From positions 27,590,001 through 27,654,000 of the forward strand of contig OZ024741.1 of assembly GCA_964016885.1 (NCBI GenBank): DNA of 64,000 bases. Reading direction: 5' to 3'. The stretch is from Eledone cirrhosa (taxonomy: Eukaryota). The notes beneath the pieces are model-generated. The model did no database searches, was not told the origin of the DNA, and was given only the letters and a program-made list of their open reading frames with translations. The first letter of the stretch is position 1; every line of letters begins with the position of its first letter. This document shows positions 38,176-51,420 of the stretch, in pieces. Made by a program: the position numbers and the translations under genes.

Positions 38176-38699
38176 TATGTTAAGGTATCAATATATATTG
38201 TATATGTATGATGATCATGTTTCCCAATAAATAAGCTCTTTTAACTTGACATGTTATATATATATTAATTATATATGTGTGTGTATGAATATATATATAT
38301 CATAGTTGTGATTTAACTTATATTAGAGCCATGGCTTCAGGCCATACAGGAACACCACCTTCAATGTAAACATTCTTTGCCAAGACAAATCCTTTTTATA
38401 TAACAGTGAATAAAATTGAAATTAGTTTCCAAAATATATCTAAATTGTTTTAAAGAGACACATCATTGCACAACTTTATATTCCTCTGACTCTCTCCTTT
38501 TCTTTCTTTCATTTTCTATTCTTTGTTCCTTTTCGTTGTATTTAGACTTTTTCTCTCTCCTAATTAATTGATTAGAATTAATTTCCTCAATGGTCAGACA
38601 ATGAGAAGTATTCCCTTCTATTTTTATGTTACTTTTTTAAAGTAATGAATGACCAATGCAAGTTTTTTTATATTTCGTTGTTGTTTTTCAGTGTTGAAG

Positions 38700-39345
38700 G
38701 GGGAAATTGTTGTCATCGTCTTCTTCTTCGTCGTCGTCGTTATTGTTGTTGTTATAACAACAATTATTTATTGGGATTGCGTGTCGGTGAAAACAACAAT
38801 AACGGACGAGAGCAGAAAATATGATAATGTTTTCTATCAGAAAATACATTAAAAAAAACATAAGTATCAACAATATCATAGTGGTCGCTATGGCAACGAA
38901 CGAAAGAAACGGAAGTGACTTCTGAGTAGGAACTCTTTTGTCAATAAACGTGGAACCAACAAAAAAAAACAAAAACTGAGCAAACAAACCGGATATTGGA
39001 GTTGTACAAAACTTCCGGTTTGATACGTTTACTTGAAACAGGTTTCGTTGTTACGAACATATGTTTAGAAATAGGAGAGGCTGAGACAGAAGGAAGGAGG
39101 ACAGGCAAATGTATTTCTGGTGAATATTTCTATTTATCATCAAACACGAAAGACTATTAATAATGATAATGCTAAAAGATTATATATATATTTACAATTT
39201 TATTCCTGATTTGTTTGTTAACACGAAACTACCGCAATAGCTGGTTAGAAATGTCATTCGTGAGCCGGTCTCATTTCGTATTTATAAATATATATAGAGA
39301 AAGAGATGTACTGTAGTACAAGTTTGGTAGAACTATCCAAAGGTA
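38700..39345. promoter_or_regulatory. Putative bidirectional promoter and SEC22 5' UTR exon
   Basis: Repeat-free, relatively CpG-retaining segment between divergent genes; ETS-type motifs CGGAAGTG (38910-38917) and ACTTCCGGTT (39011-39020); candidate plus-strand donor AAG|gtaaga at 39342/39343. Confidence 0.55.
38884..38897. promoter_or_regulatory. RFX X-box motif upstream of CFAP221
   Basis: GTCGCTATGGCAAC closely fits the palindromic X-box GTTGCCATGGCAAC; lies 860 bp upstream of a ciliary gene ATG. Confidence 0.7.
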
Positions 39346-41281
39346 AGAGCTCTCGGTCAATAGGACGAGTTAAGTATAATTAGTTACAACAGTGACATAT
39401 GCAGGTACTTAAGTTTCGTCATTCAGTCTGTTTATATAACAGGTTGAATGAGTTTGAGGTGTATAACCCAACGAAACTTAAGTACATGGTCGTTTGTTTA
39501 TTTTCCTCTCGTTTAAATAACAATTTAATTATATCTATTTTACAGAGATACCTTTTTGAAGGTGTAAATTAAGATTGTTTATAATTTTTCTTTTAATGTC
39601 ATTTTCACGCACGGAAATTAACGGATGTTGTCGGTAATCTTAAAAGGAAGGATTATCAATATTTGTTATTTGTTATTTACTGTCATCTTGTATTATGGTG
39701 TGAGTTCAAATCTTGCCGTGGGTTGGGATTCGTCTTAATCGACTAATTCTTTCCGAAGTTTGTAGCCGTGTTAGAAATTATAAATTTAGTCTTCAGGAAT
39801 CGTTCTCTTCTGTTGAATGATAAAATAAAGTACTAGTGAAATACTGGGGTTTTTTTAATCAACTACACTGTACATCCTTTTCTAAAATGTCCTTCCAAAG
39901 TTTGTAGCCTTTTATCAATGTTAGATATAAAGTTCTCCATTCTTATCTGTTGATTGCGAAAATAAAGTACCAGTAAAATATTTGGGTTTATTTAATCGAC
40001 TACAATCTGCATCCTTTTCTAAAACGTTTGTTACCTTGTGGCTATGTTAGAATTCTTCACTTGGTTTCCATGGACAATACTTTTGCCGTATTCACGCCCT
40101 GTGTTCAAATTCAACCTGGTGGGTTTTGTCTAACATTTCGGGGGCGGGGGACAGTTTCACCGATTCATTTTCTTTCCCCTAGAAAAAATAATGTGTGGCC
40201 TTATGTTTAGAATTTAAACAGATCTCGAAATAAAATGATTCGATAGATTCATTGCGTGTATACAGGTTAAGGCTAGAGTTCGTTTTTATTTTGGTGCGCT
40301 TATCTGCTTATGTATGTGTATATAATAATAATTGTTTCTTCTTTGGGCACAAGGCCAGCAATTTCCCAGTGCATTACTGGTACTTTATTTTATCGACCCC
40401 GTAAGGATGAAAAGCAAAGTTAACCTCGGCGGGATTTGAACTCAGAATGGCAAGGACCGTAACTCTATGCGTCAAAGCATGGCGTCCGACCCTCTACCGA
40501 TACTGCCAACCCACCGCTTTTGTATATAATAATAATAATGATGAAATTATTGTGTACAGTGCTCAGGTGCATGTATAGTACATAGAATAATATACAAATG
40601 TCAGGGAAGTGAATAGTGTATGTCATGATATACATGTGTGCGTGTGTATGGAGGGGGAATATTAGGTGTAGTGTTGGCGAATCTCAGGAAGCATGGAGGT
40701 TTTAAAGGATGCATCATCATCTCATTTTAACGTCCATTTTTCCACGCTAGCATGGGTTAGACGAGTTATCCTGTTGTGAGCAATGCCAGCTCAGGTGACC
40801 ATGTCTTGCTCGTATAGAACCGATTTTAGCTTGGCTTCTACAGCTGGTTGCCATTTCTAGCGCCAACCTCATTTACAGTGAGTGCTTTTTGCCATGACAC
40901 CTATGACCACTTTACAGTGTGGACTGGGTACCTTTTGTCATGAATCCTACACGACCACTTTAGAGCGTGGACTGTGTATTTTTTGCTGTGACACCTACAC
41001 GACCACTTTACAGAGAGTACTGGGTAATTTTTGCCATGTTGCCGTCACAACCACTTTACAGTGTGGGCTGGAGGCTTCAGTCTGTCCTCATGGGAGTGGG
41101 TGGGGTGAGGTGGTGTATACTATTTATATGCTTCAGTCTCAGCCTGTGACATCACCTTTGAGAGGTGAAGTTGGGCAAGGTCAGCTTTTATCACCTCATC
41201 CCATTTTTTCCTGGATTCTCCACTCCATGGCATATGTATATAATCCCCACACACACATATATATATGATCTTATATATATA

Positions 41282-41350
41282 CTAGCAGTAGTACCCGACA
41301 TTGCTCGGGAAAGAAATGACTCAATCAGTGGACAATTTCTTGGAAAATAA
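41282..41350 (-). mobile_element. Helitron 3' terminus
   Basis: Minus strand cccgagcaatgtcggg hairpin, then tactactgCTAG|T; 5' end not located. Confidence 0.6.
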
Positions 41351-42224
41351 TATGTGCAACTCTGCACAAATATACTATTTGAAACACTTTTATATTTATA
41401 TTGTCCCTATATGGCAACAGAGCAGTTGAATGACTTAAACCAAATCAGTGAAAAATCTGATTCATTTTTATTGTTACTGTCCATTTTCTTTGTCGATAGT
41501 ACATGTATGGAGCTAAAACATCACTGCACCTTATCACCTTTAAACATGAACAGCATGCAATTAGAAGATCCCATGTGTTTGCTCCAAAAGCTAGGCCTCA
41601 CTCTCACAAAGGGTCTCTCATGTTGAATACACATGCTATACATAGCTTGAACTGCAACTAACAGATTGGTCCTACTCTTCAGAGGTAGAAAATACATCTC
41701 CCAACAACTCCTGACTCTCTACAATGTTCAGGTTAAACCCACAAGGGTGTAGTGCTCCCACATCTGGAATGGTGCTGTTACCACTTGTACAACTTAGACT
41801 TCATTTAGAAAAAGCCAATTGTCTACTTGTCATGAATTCACTGATAGACACTTGCCAACTTCTTGCTCACATTTTTCCACTACTGCAATGGCATTTGCTC
41901 CACTGAGTTGGCTGACCTCATTCCCCCTTCACTCAGGCCCGCCTGCTTCACTTATCTCGTCTACCCTCGTCACCCATACTGTGTCTGAGCCATGGACCAA
42001 CCAGTCCTTCCTTCCCTCTGCAGAACGTCACCCTTCTCGAATTCTTTCCAAGCATCTATCTTTTATGCAGGAGTTAACTTGCAACAATTTAAACTGAAAA
42101 TCAACTGATCTCATTGATTTCAAAGGATCTGCCATGGGCACCGCAACCTAGCAAATAATAATATAATCAGACCTAGCAAATAATAATATAAAAAACATAA
42201 CATACAACCCCAACATCACAATGA

Positions 42225-43240
42225 ACCACCACCATACTACCTCTACCACATCTTTACCATCACCACCATCACCATGCTATCTCTACCACATCTTTACCAC
42301 CACCGTACTACCTCTACCACATCTTTACCACCACCACCACCATACTACCTCTACCACATCTTTACCATTACCACCACCGTACTACCTCTACCACATCTTT
42401 ACCACCACCACCACCATACTACCTCTACCACATCTTTACCACTACCACCACCGTACTACCTCTATCACATCTTTACCACCACCACCACCATACTACCTCT
42501 ACCACATCTTTACCACTACCACCACCGTACTACCTCTACCACATCTTTACCACCACCACCACCATACTACCTCTACCACATCTTTACCACTACCACCACC
42601 GTACTACCTCTATCACATCTTTACCACCACCACCGTACTACTTCTACCACATCTTTACCACCACCACCGAACTACCTCTACCACATCTTTACCACCACCG
42701 TACTACCTCTACCACATCTTTACCACCACCACCACCATACTACCTCTACCACATCTTTACCACTACCACCACCGTACTACCTCTATCACATCTTTACCAC
42801 CACCACCACCATACTACCTCTACCACATCTTTACCACTACCACCACCGTACTACCTCTACCACATCTTTACCACCACCACCACCATACTACCTCTACCAC
42901 ATCTTTACCACTACCACCACCGTACTACCTCTATCACATCTTTACCACCACCACCACCATACTACCTCTCCCACATCTTTACCACCACCACCACCGTACT
43001 ACCTCTACCACATCTTTACCACCACCGTACTACCTCTACCACATCTTTACCACCACCGAACTACCTCTACCACATCTTTACCACCACCACCACCATACTA
43101 CCTCTACCACATCTTTACCACTACCACCACCGTACTACCTCTATCACATCTTTACCACTACCACCACCGTACTACCTCTACCACATCTTTACCACCACCA
43201 CCACCATACTACCTCTACCACATCTTTACCACTACCACAA
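42225..43240. repeat. (ACC)-rich 30-36-bp minisatellite
   Basis: accaccaccatactacctctaccacatcttt variants. Confidence 0.95.
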
Positions 43241-44286
43241 CAGCAACATCAACAGTATTAGTCTCAAAAGTTAAAAAGAAAAATAACTATGTATGGCAGT
43301 GACAAATGATCAAAAGAATATGATCATGAATACAAACAGCTGAAATGGGGTTCCTCTGAAGGGTCTTTGGAGTAATGTTACTTGATAGAGTGCCTAGCTT
43401 GGATGTCAGAGAGTCACTCCGGGTATAGCCGCTACTTCTCTAAATTGAGAGATCACGACTCCAATACTATGGACATGTGGTTAGAATGTGACCAGAGACA
43501 GATTAGCAAAATTTAATAAGTGGTGGGATTGGAAAAAATCTGAAAGATTAATAAGTGGGTGGGGGGATTCAAGACTCAAGGGTACATAGGTGTGAGCTGT
43601 AAAGTTGATTTTTGTCTTTTCTTAAATATACATACATGTGTGTGTACTCTGTGTTTGCTAGCAGGGAAAGCAGATGTTAAATGATGATATATATATATTT
43701 CAGCAAATATAAATAAGAGTATCAATGGAAAAATTAACTTCTTTCATTCAAAAGCAATATTTATTCTCTTACACACGTTTCGAAGATGTGCATTTTTTTA
43801 AATGTTGGGAAACATTTTGTACAATATAAGTGAAGATACATAGCTATCCTTGTACATTCTATTATCTCTCTGAGGAGAGATAATAGAAGTTTTAAAATGA
43901 ATGGGAATATAAATAAAACATCAATTTTACCTTTGGTAGGAATGATTGACCTAAGACATGTAGCACTTGTACAGAGTAACTTTTAAAACAGGTTTTAAGA
44001 GTTTTTTCACATGGTTCTTGTGTTGACATCTTACTAACTTTAGAGGATTCAAACCTTTGTATTATATAAACACATTGAGCTACTCCTTTTAAGACATGGC
44101 TTACATACTATCATTATAGTGCTCTACTTTCCTTCCAGAATTGTTTGTATAATTCTACCTTTGCTATATATATATATTTCTATACTTTTTGTTTTATTCC
44201 TGTCACCACCTTTTGGCTGTTGTTGAAATGAGACATTAGCTGTCCTGCATATACCTACTCAAAGAGACAGAGGCCAAAAAGATACC

Positions 44287-44480
44287 ATGTTTATCTACCA
44301 GACTATGATCAGCCGGACAAGCGATGGTCTTCCTCTCTCTGCTAGCACTGACCGCATTACTCCCAGTAGTCACAATCAAGTCAACCTACAAGAAGGCTTC
44401 CATCAGTTAAAACTAGTCTGTAAAAGAGCAACACATTTTGCAGATAGATGCAGCTATGTTGTCGGACCTCTTGCCATATA
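44287..44480 (+). CDS. SEC22A: SEC22a-like first coding exon (MFIYQT...[10 protein letters not shown]...DRCS...)
   Basis: ATG in accATG context; donor gtaagt at 44481; phase 2. Confidence 0.9.
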
Positions 44481-47400
44481 GTAAGTATTACATTTATTAT
44501 CATAAATGGTTATGTAGGTATCACGACAAAAAGCACCCAGTACTTAGTGTAAAGTGGTCATGTAGGTCAGTGGTCGCCAACCTTTCTAAAACCGAGGAAC
44601 CCTCCAAATATTTTGAATTCTTCACGGAACCTATACAATACAAAACTTTTCAAAAAAAAATAATAAAGTATTTATTTTAGTGTTTCATGCATGTGTATGT
44701 AATCGAACACAATTAACTAGTGGCTTTTCTGCTGCTGCGCCTCATCAGTGAGTTTAGAAAATCGAGGTTCAACACTAGTTAATGCCAGTCTCATACACTC
44801 GTCAATTGCTGACAGTTTATTCATCTTCTTTGTGCTGATTTCTACCAACTGCGAAAACCCTTTTTCGCACAAGTAGCTAGATGGGAATAAAGTCAAATAT
44901 TTCAATGCAAGTTGGCTGATTTCATTAAACTACCCAATCAAGAATAAGTCAATCCATAGTTCTTTCTTTCTGCTTTCGAATATCACTTTCAGGTCTTCGT
45001 TTGAATTCAAATCCATCAACTGATGTAAGCATTGTGCAGGTAGTAAATTTTTACAATTTCCAGCGTCATTTTCTGACACTAACTGCTCGATCTCGGTGAA
45101 CGGGTTTTTTATCCATAAATTTTCGCTAACAATATCTTTTTCCATCAAGTCAAAATAATCTGAAAAACTTGTGGAAAGTACATTTAAATGAGAAAGAATA
45201 ATCTTCTTTAAATTGCTGGAGTCAAAATCTTCTCTCTTTTTAAGCTCTATTTCATGGTTTGAAAGTAATGAGTAATTGTCCGATTCAATTCTTTTTATAA
45301 AGATGTTTAATTTTGATTGAAAATATGCAATAAAATTGATTGAAGTAAAAATATCTGCATTGTTACCCTGAAGACACTTATTTAGTTTGTTCAGTTCACC
45401 AAAAATGTCTACTAAATAAGCGTACATAGCAAATTAATTGAGCCTTGTTATTAATATCCGTAGTTCCATCCACTTGCAGACCAAAACATGTGCTTTTCTT
45501 TAGTGCAGTTAGTATCTGATTTTCTATATCAGAAGAAATATCAATTATCCTTCTTTTTACGGTATTTGCTGACAATGGTAACTGGCTTAATTTTTCTTTG
45601 TCCTTAATACTGCAGCTTTCAAAAAGATTCTCTGTAGCAATTTTTATACTTGGCAGAATTAACTGTTCTCCTAATGTAAATGGTTTCTTGTTTTTACCAA
45701 TCAAATGTGAAATTTCAAAAGATGTTCTTGTTAAAGCTTTATTTCTATCTGACTTTTTACAAAACAAGTCATACATATTAGCTTGTGATTTTTTGATGTT
45801 GTTTTTCAGTGAAGTAAAGTATTCCAGTGACTTGTTTTTATCATTAGTGTGATTAGTATGAAGGTGTCTTTTAAGTTTTGCAGGATTTAAACAGCTATTT
45901 GATAGAACTTTTGAACATAGCAAACACATGGGCTGATCTGGTGTATCTTTTTTAGTGTCAGCTTTTTGAAATCCATATCTAACAATCATCACACCACTGT
46001 CTAACCTTACTGCTGGTATCTAACTTCAGCTTCTTTGCAGTAGACATCATATCAATGTTATTTATCTACAGTTAACATTTTTAATATGACATTAATAAAC
46101 AAGAGAAATTAAGTTTTTTTTATTACAAAAAGTACTTAAATTAACTTTAATTTTAGATATTTGGAAAAACTTAACTAGTTAAAAAAAAATGTTAATTTTT
46201 AAAAATTGAAATTTCTCCATTTTAGGATTGTAAACATATTATTTAAAGTCTTATAATAATTGTTTCTACTTTTGGCACAAGGCCAGCAATTACCCAGTGT
46301 ATTACTGGTACTTATAATAATATTAAAATATTAGGGGTTACTGAAAAAGGTGCAAATTTATAAACAACTAGAAGAAATTTTTTTCAGATTTCAGAGTCCA
46401 GCACTTCCTGCATATACTACTTTAGGGTTGTATTAAATATTATTGGTAATGTAAATATATTTAAATATCCGCCATACTAAAAGGTGCAAAAAATGCAAAT
46501 CAGCTGATAGTGTAGAAAATGTGTAGAAATGGTATTGGAAATTAATTCAGATATTTTCTATCTATTTTGACTCAAAGTTAGATATAATATAAGAAGGCTT
46601 TAGGCTGCGTTAAACATATATTAGATTGGAACAAATAAAGTTTAGTCAAATGTTTGTGGACATATATATTTATTGTATAAAGTAATTTCTCAATTGTGAA
46701 TGTAGATGTCATCAAATGAATACATAATTGTGTGGCAAAGTTTATAGTGTATGCATGGAATACAAAATTACCTTTGTTAGTAGTCGAAATTTACAGGCGT
46801 TATATTTTCTGTGCAAAGTACAACAGAATGTAATGTGTTCTTATTTAGAATTGTGTGTGGAACTGGATGCATGTTGAACACGACTAGTAAGCGAGTTCAC
46901 TCTGTGAGGAAACTTTAGGCGACTTTAAAGCTTTTGTGAGGACAGCAGATTAAAACGTTCTCTATTGAAAACATTCTACTGAACTTACGTTGTGAGAACA
47001 GAGAACAGCGAACTGACCCTGTCTCTTGGCTGAGAGACCTTGCTGAACTGAAGTTTTCAGTTTAAAGATATGCTGTCATCGACCAACATTTACTTGTTCG
47101 TGATTGGTCAATTTCTAAGTTCAATTAGTGTATTATCAGTAGTAGTCAAATTCTTGGAATTCAGAAAACTATGTCTTTCCAAGAATTGATGTGAAATTGA
47201 AAGTATTCAATTTCCACGAATCTCAGAACAGTGTTTTTCTGCTAATTCAAGTGAGAAACTGAAAGTAGTGTTTTCCATGAATTGGAGTGGAGAACCTGTA
47301 TACACTACAATAGTACTCGTTCATTTATACATTGCACCTTTGGCATTTTCTTTGCACCTTTTTCAGAAAACCCAAAATATTAATGGTAATGTAAATATTT

Positions 47401-50400
47401 ATTTTTTTAAGGAACCCGGAGTTTGTTTTACGGAACCCCAAGGTTCCGCGGAATCCATGTTGGCGACCACTCATGTAGGTGACATGACAAAAAGCACCTA
47501 GTCCACACTGTAAAGTGGTCATGTAAGTGACATGACAAAAAGCACACAGTCAAGTGGTCGTGTATTCCCACTACATAGACGACATCACTATAGTAGTTAA
47601 AACACCCATACAGTTTCTGTCAACCAAATTTAAAATTTCACTTATTAGTTATTGGTCAACCGAAGGCTTTAGTAGAAGACATTTACTCAAGATATCACAC
47701 ATTAGAATTAAACCCCAAACCAGGAGGTTTAACTGTTTTATTTTACTTTCTTTTTCTTTTATTCTAGTTTTATTTCAGCTTTAAACATAACCTATTCTGT
47801 CCTCTGTGATGTCTCTTACCCGACTGTCTTGGCCTTCTCTTTCCTTAATGATGTCCAACGAGAATTCCTGTTAGAATATGACAAAAGTAAAGTCAACTCA
47901 GCACAAAGGCCATATTCATTAATAGCTTTCGGTAAGTATGCTTTTCCTTCTCCTCCTCCTCCTCCTCCTGCTGTTGCTAAGCCTTATGTTAACCCAGAAG
48001 AAAAAATGAAATTTACATCTCACACATATGCAGGTTTAGTTACTGTCTATAAGGTTGCATTTCATAAGAGGTTTCTTGAGTGTTTGAATGATAGGGGTGT
48101 CAGTTTCATTGTGAAAAGCACTGCCTGGTTGAGGAATCAAACGCTCAATCTTATGATCCAACACCATTTCTACTAGGCCATGGGATATTCCTGGTCAACC
48201 CTAGTTCAACAATAAAATACACCTACACTATTGGAAGTGGTTCTGTTCATACGACGAATAAATGCACCCAGTACACTCTTTAAAGTGGTAGTGCTGTTAT
48301 GATAAAATGCACCTAGTACACTCTTTAAAGTGGTAGTGCTGGTGTCATGATAAAATGCACCTAGTACACTCTTTAAAGTGGTAGTGCTGGTGTCATGATA
48401 AAATGCACCTAGTACACTCTTGAAAGTGTTAGTGCTAGTATCTCAATAAAATACCAATGTTTGGATCTCTGTAAAATGGTTGACTTTAGGAAGGACATCC
48501 AAACGTAGAAATTTTGCCATATGTGGAACATATGAGAAAGATGTGGTTTTCCAGCCAGTCTAGTCATAGAAATGTGATGACCTGTCCAATGTAGGCCAAC
48601 ATAGAAAGCTGGCATAAAGTGCTGGTAATGCACACAACATTTTAAACCATCCATATCCAGCCAGAATTCTCTCACCTCTTTCTGTTCAAACCGGCCATAA
48701 CCAACCCCTCATGTCGACATTGAGGTAATGTTCTCAAAACAAATATCAAAATCTCATAGATTCAATATTATGTGAGATAATTATGTAAGGTAAAGCCTTT
48801 ACCATGAAAATACAATAGTATATCTAGATTAATGTAAATGCTGTGAAGGCGCTTGTCTTAGTGGTTAGAGCATTGGGCTTGCAATCGAAAGGTTGTGAGT
48901 TCAATTCTCGGAACGGGTGATGTGTTGTTTCCTTGAGCAAGACACTTTATTTCATGTTGCTCCAGTTTACTCAGCTGTAGAAATGAGATGATAGGACCGG
49001 GGACCCTATCATTAAATTACCCAAGACACCTCCAACGAGATATACCTTGGAGGCCAGCTAAACCTGCATAGGTGTGAGCTATCACACACACACAATGTAA
49101 ATGCTAAGGGTTTTTTTTTCCAATATATGATTTTTTATTGTCTCCAGACACAAAACTACAGAAGATCAAATCCAAGTATAACAATCCCAGATCTTTAACA
49201 ACGAGGGTAAACCTGTCGGAGCTAAGCCAAGAAATCAAGTTACGTCCACCATTCCAAATCTCCGCCCAACAAATTCAGCCTGAATTATTTAATGATAAGA
49301 AAAATGGTGCAGTCCTTTCTCGATATGTTTCAGGTAAGCAGTTATTTATGTATATATAGAGTGGTGCAAAACTCATGCACCACCTTAATCATCATTTCAT
49401 GAACATCTATCATGTTTACTTACAAATATAAAGATATTATGGCAAAGTGTTATTTTTACTGGTGCGCGACTTTTGCACCACGCTGTATATACTTCATTTT
49501 TTGTATTTGTTTTGCCAGAGTTTTTATGTGAAATTGTGTCAACATTGTTGAAACAGATCCTGTTATACGTTGAGAACCTGAGGATGTCAATAAAAATCCA
49601 CCAGTTTCACATTGGTTTTATTATTAGTTGGATAAGAGCAGTGAATTGACAGTAATTGGTAGAGCGTCAGATAACATACTTTTGTGGCATAGAGTTACAG
49701 TCCTTTGCGTTCTGATTTCAAATCCCACCGACTTTAACTTTGCCTTTCGTCCTTTATAAAATAAAGTACCAGTAATACACTGTGGTTGATTTAATTGATT
49801 TTCCTCTCCCCTAAAATTGTTGGCATTTTGCCTAAATTAGAAGCCATTATTAGTTGGATAAGAGCAGTGAATTGACTATTCGGTAGAGCATTGGATAACA
49901 TGCTTTGCAGCACAGAGTTACGGCCCTTTATGTTCTGAGTTGAAATCCCACCGGGTCAATAAAATAAAGTACCAGTAATGCACTGGGGTCGATTTCATTG
50001 ACTTTCCCCTCCTTCAAATTACTGTCTTTGTGCCAAATATAGAAACCATTATTAGTTGGATATGTACGGCAACACTCATCTTTTTCCATTTCTTGAGGGT
50101 TATAAACCCCACTATCGGGCTACAAATTTCTTTAGTCTAAAATAGGTGAAAGCTTATAATTTCTAATTTCTAATTGCAAACTCGCACACCGTTTAAAAAA
50201 CACTTACATGTTTACGTTTATAATTTGCTTGTTCTTTGGTTAGTTTAGTAATGAAATGATTAATATATGTCAAAGTCATCACACATTCTGTGACCTTTTT
50301 AATTACTATTCTGGCTTCTAAACTAACCAAGGAATGGATTAGTTACCTAACAAAATAATGATATCTAATCTAGACATAAGACCTGCGAGGAGGACAAGCA

Positions 50401-51364
50401 AAATTACTGAAATATAATAAAGCTGAAGTGAAACTCCACTGCTGCACATGTTTTTATTGGCAGCATAACCTTCCCAAAATATAACTATATATCATCACCA
50501 TTTAACGCCTATTTTTCAATGGGATAGACAGGTCGTTTACATTATGTGACAAGTCTGGCCAGCTGGCTGCACTATACCTTGCTCAAATGGAACTGCATTT
50601 TGGCTGGGATTTTTACAGCTGGATGCCCTTCCTAACACCAACCATGTTTGCAGTATCTATCTATATATATAATACATTATAAAGAAAGAAGAAACATTAG
50701 ATATAAATAAACAGATATAATATACTCAAATTCCTTCATTATCCTCGACTACGTAGTTTTGTGGCTATTATGCAAAAACACTACATCACAGAGATGCAGT
50801 ATTTTTGTGAGGTTTGCCGACTTATCAAGAGGATACCTCATTTAGAGTTTCAAAACACGTCCGTAGGACGCGAGATAGAATCCCGAAAGGCGGAGGGGGA
50901 ACTTATCACGTGATACAGCGGTCAAGAAACAGAGCTAAGCCTCTTACGACCAAGAGAAAAATACCGCAAAAGGCGGAGGGGGTATTTATGTCAAGGCCAT
51001 GGAAGAATTGGCTAGGAGGGCGAGAAGTGTGATTAGTGTAAGCTTAACAGCACTCACTATACTTCAGTGGTTACTCTGCCGTAGGGAGTTATAAATAATA
51101 TAAAGAAATACACAGACATGCCAATACATACATATACATGCATATACCCACATATATCCCTGAATTTGTGTGGTGCCAACCTTAACCATTGTTGCTCTAT
51201 GAATAATAGGGAGAAAATAATCTGAATGGATTAGATTGATTCAATATCAGAGCTATATAATACATTATAAAGATATATGTGTGTGTATATATATATATAT
51301 ATGATATATGTATGTATTGTGGGTATTGGTAAGTTGATGTCTTACAGTGACCACTAATATATAT

Positions 51365-51420
<56 letters not shown>

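Noticed and set aside
42221-43302. His/Pro/Thr-rich extensin- or mucin-like ORFs
   Set aside because: (ACC)-based minisatellite open in several frames with the same peptides; no splice or signal evidence.
44717-45992. Domesticated ZBED5/SCAND3-like host gene
   Set aside because: Has TIRs and a TSD, frameshifts and a large internal deletion; it is a transposon copy.
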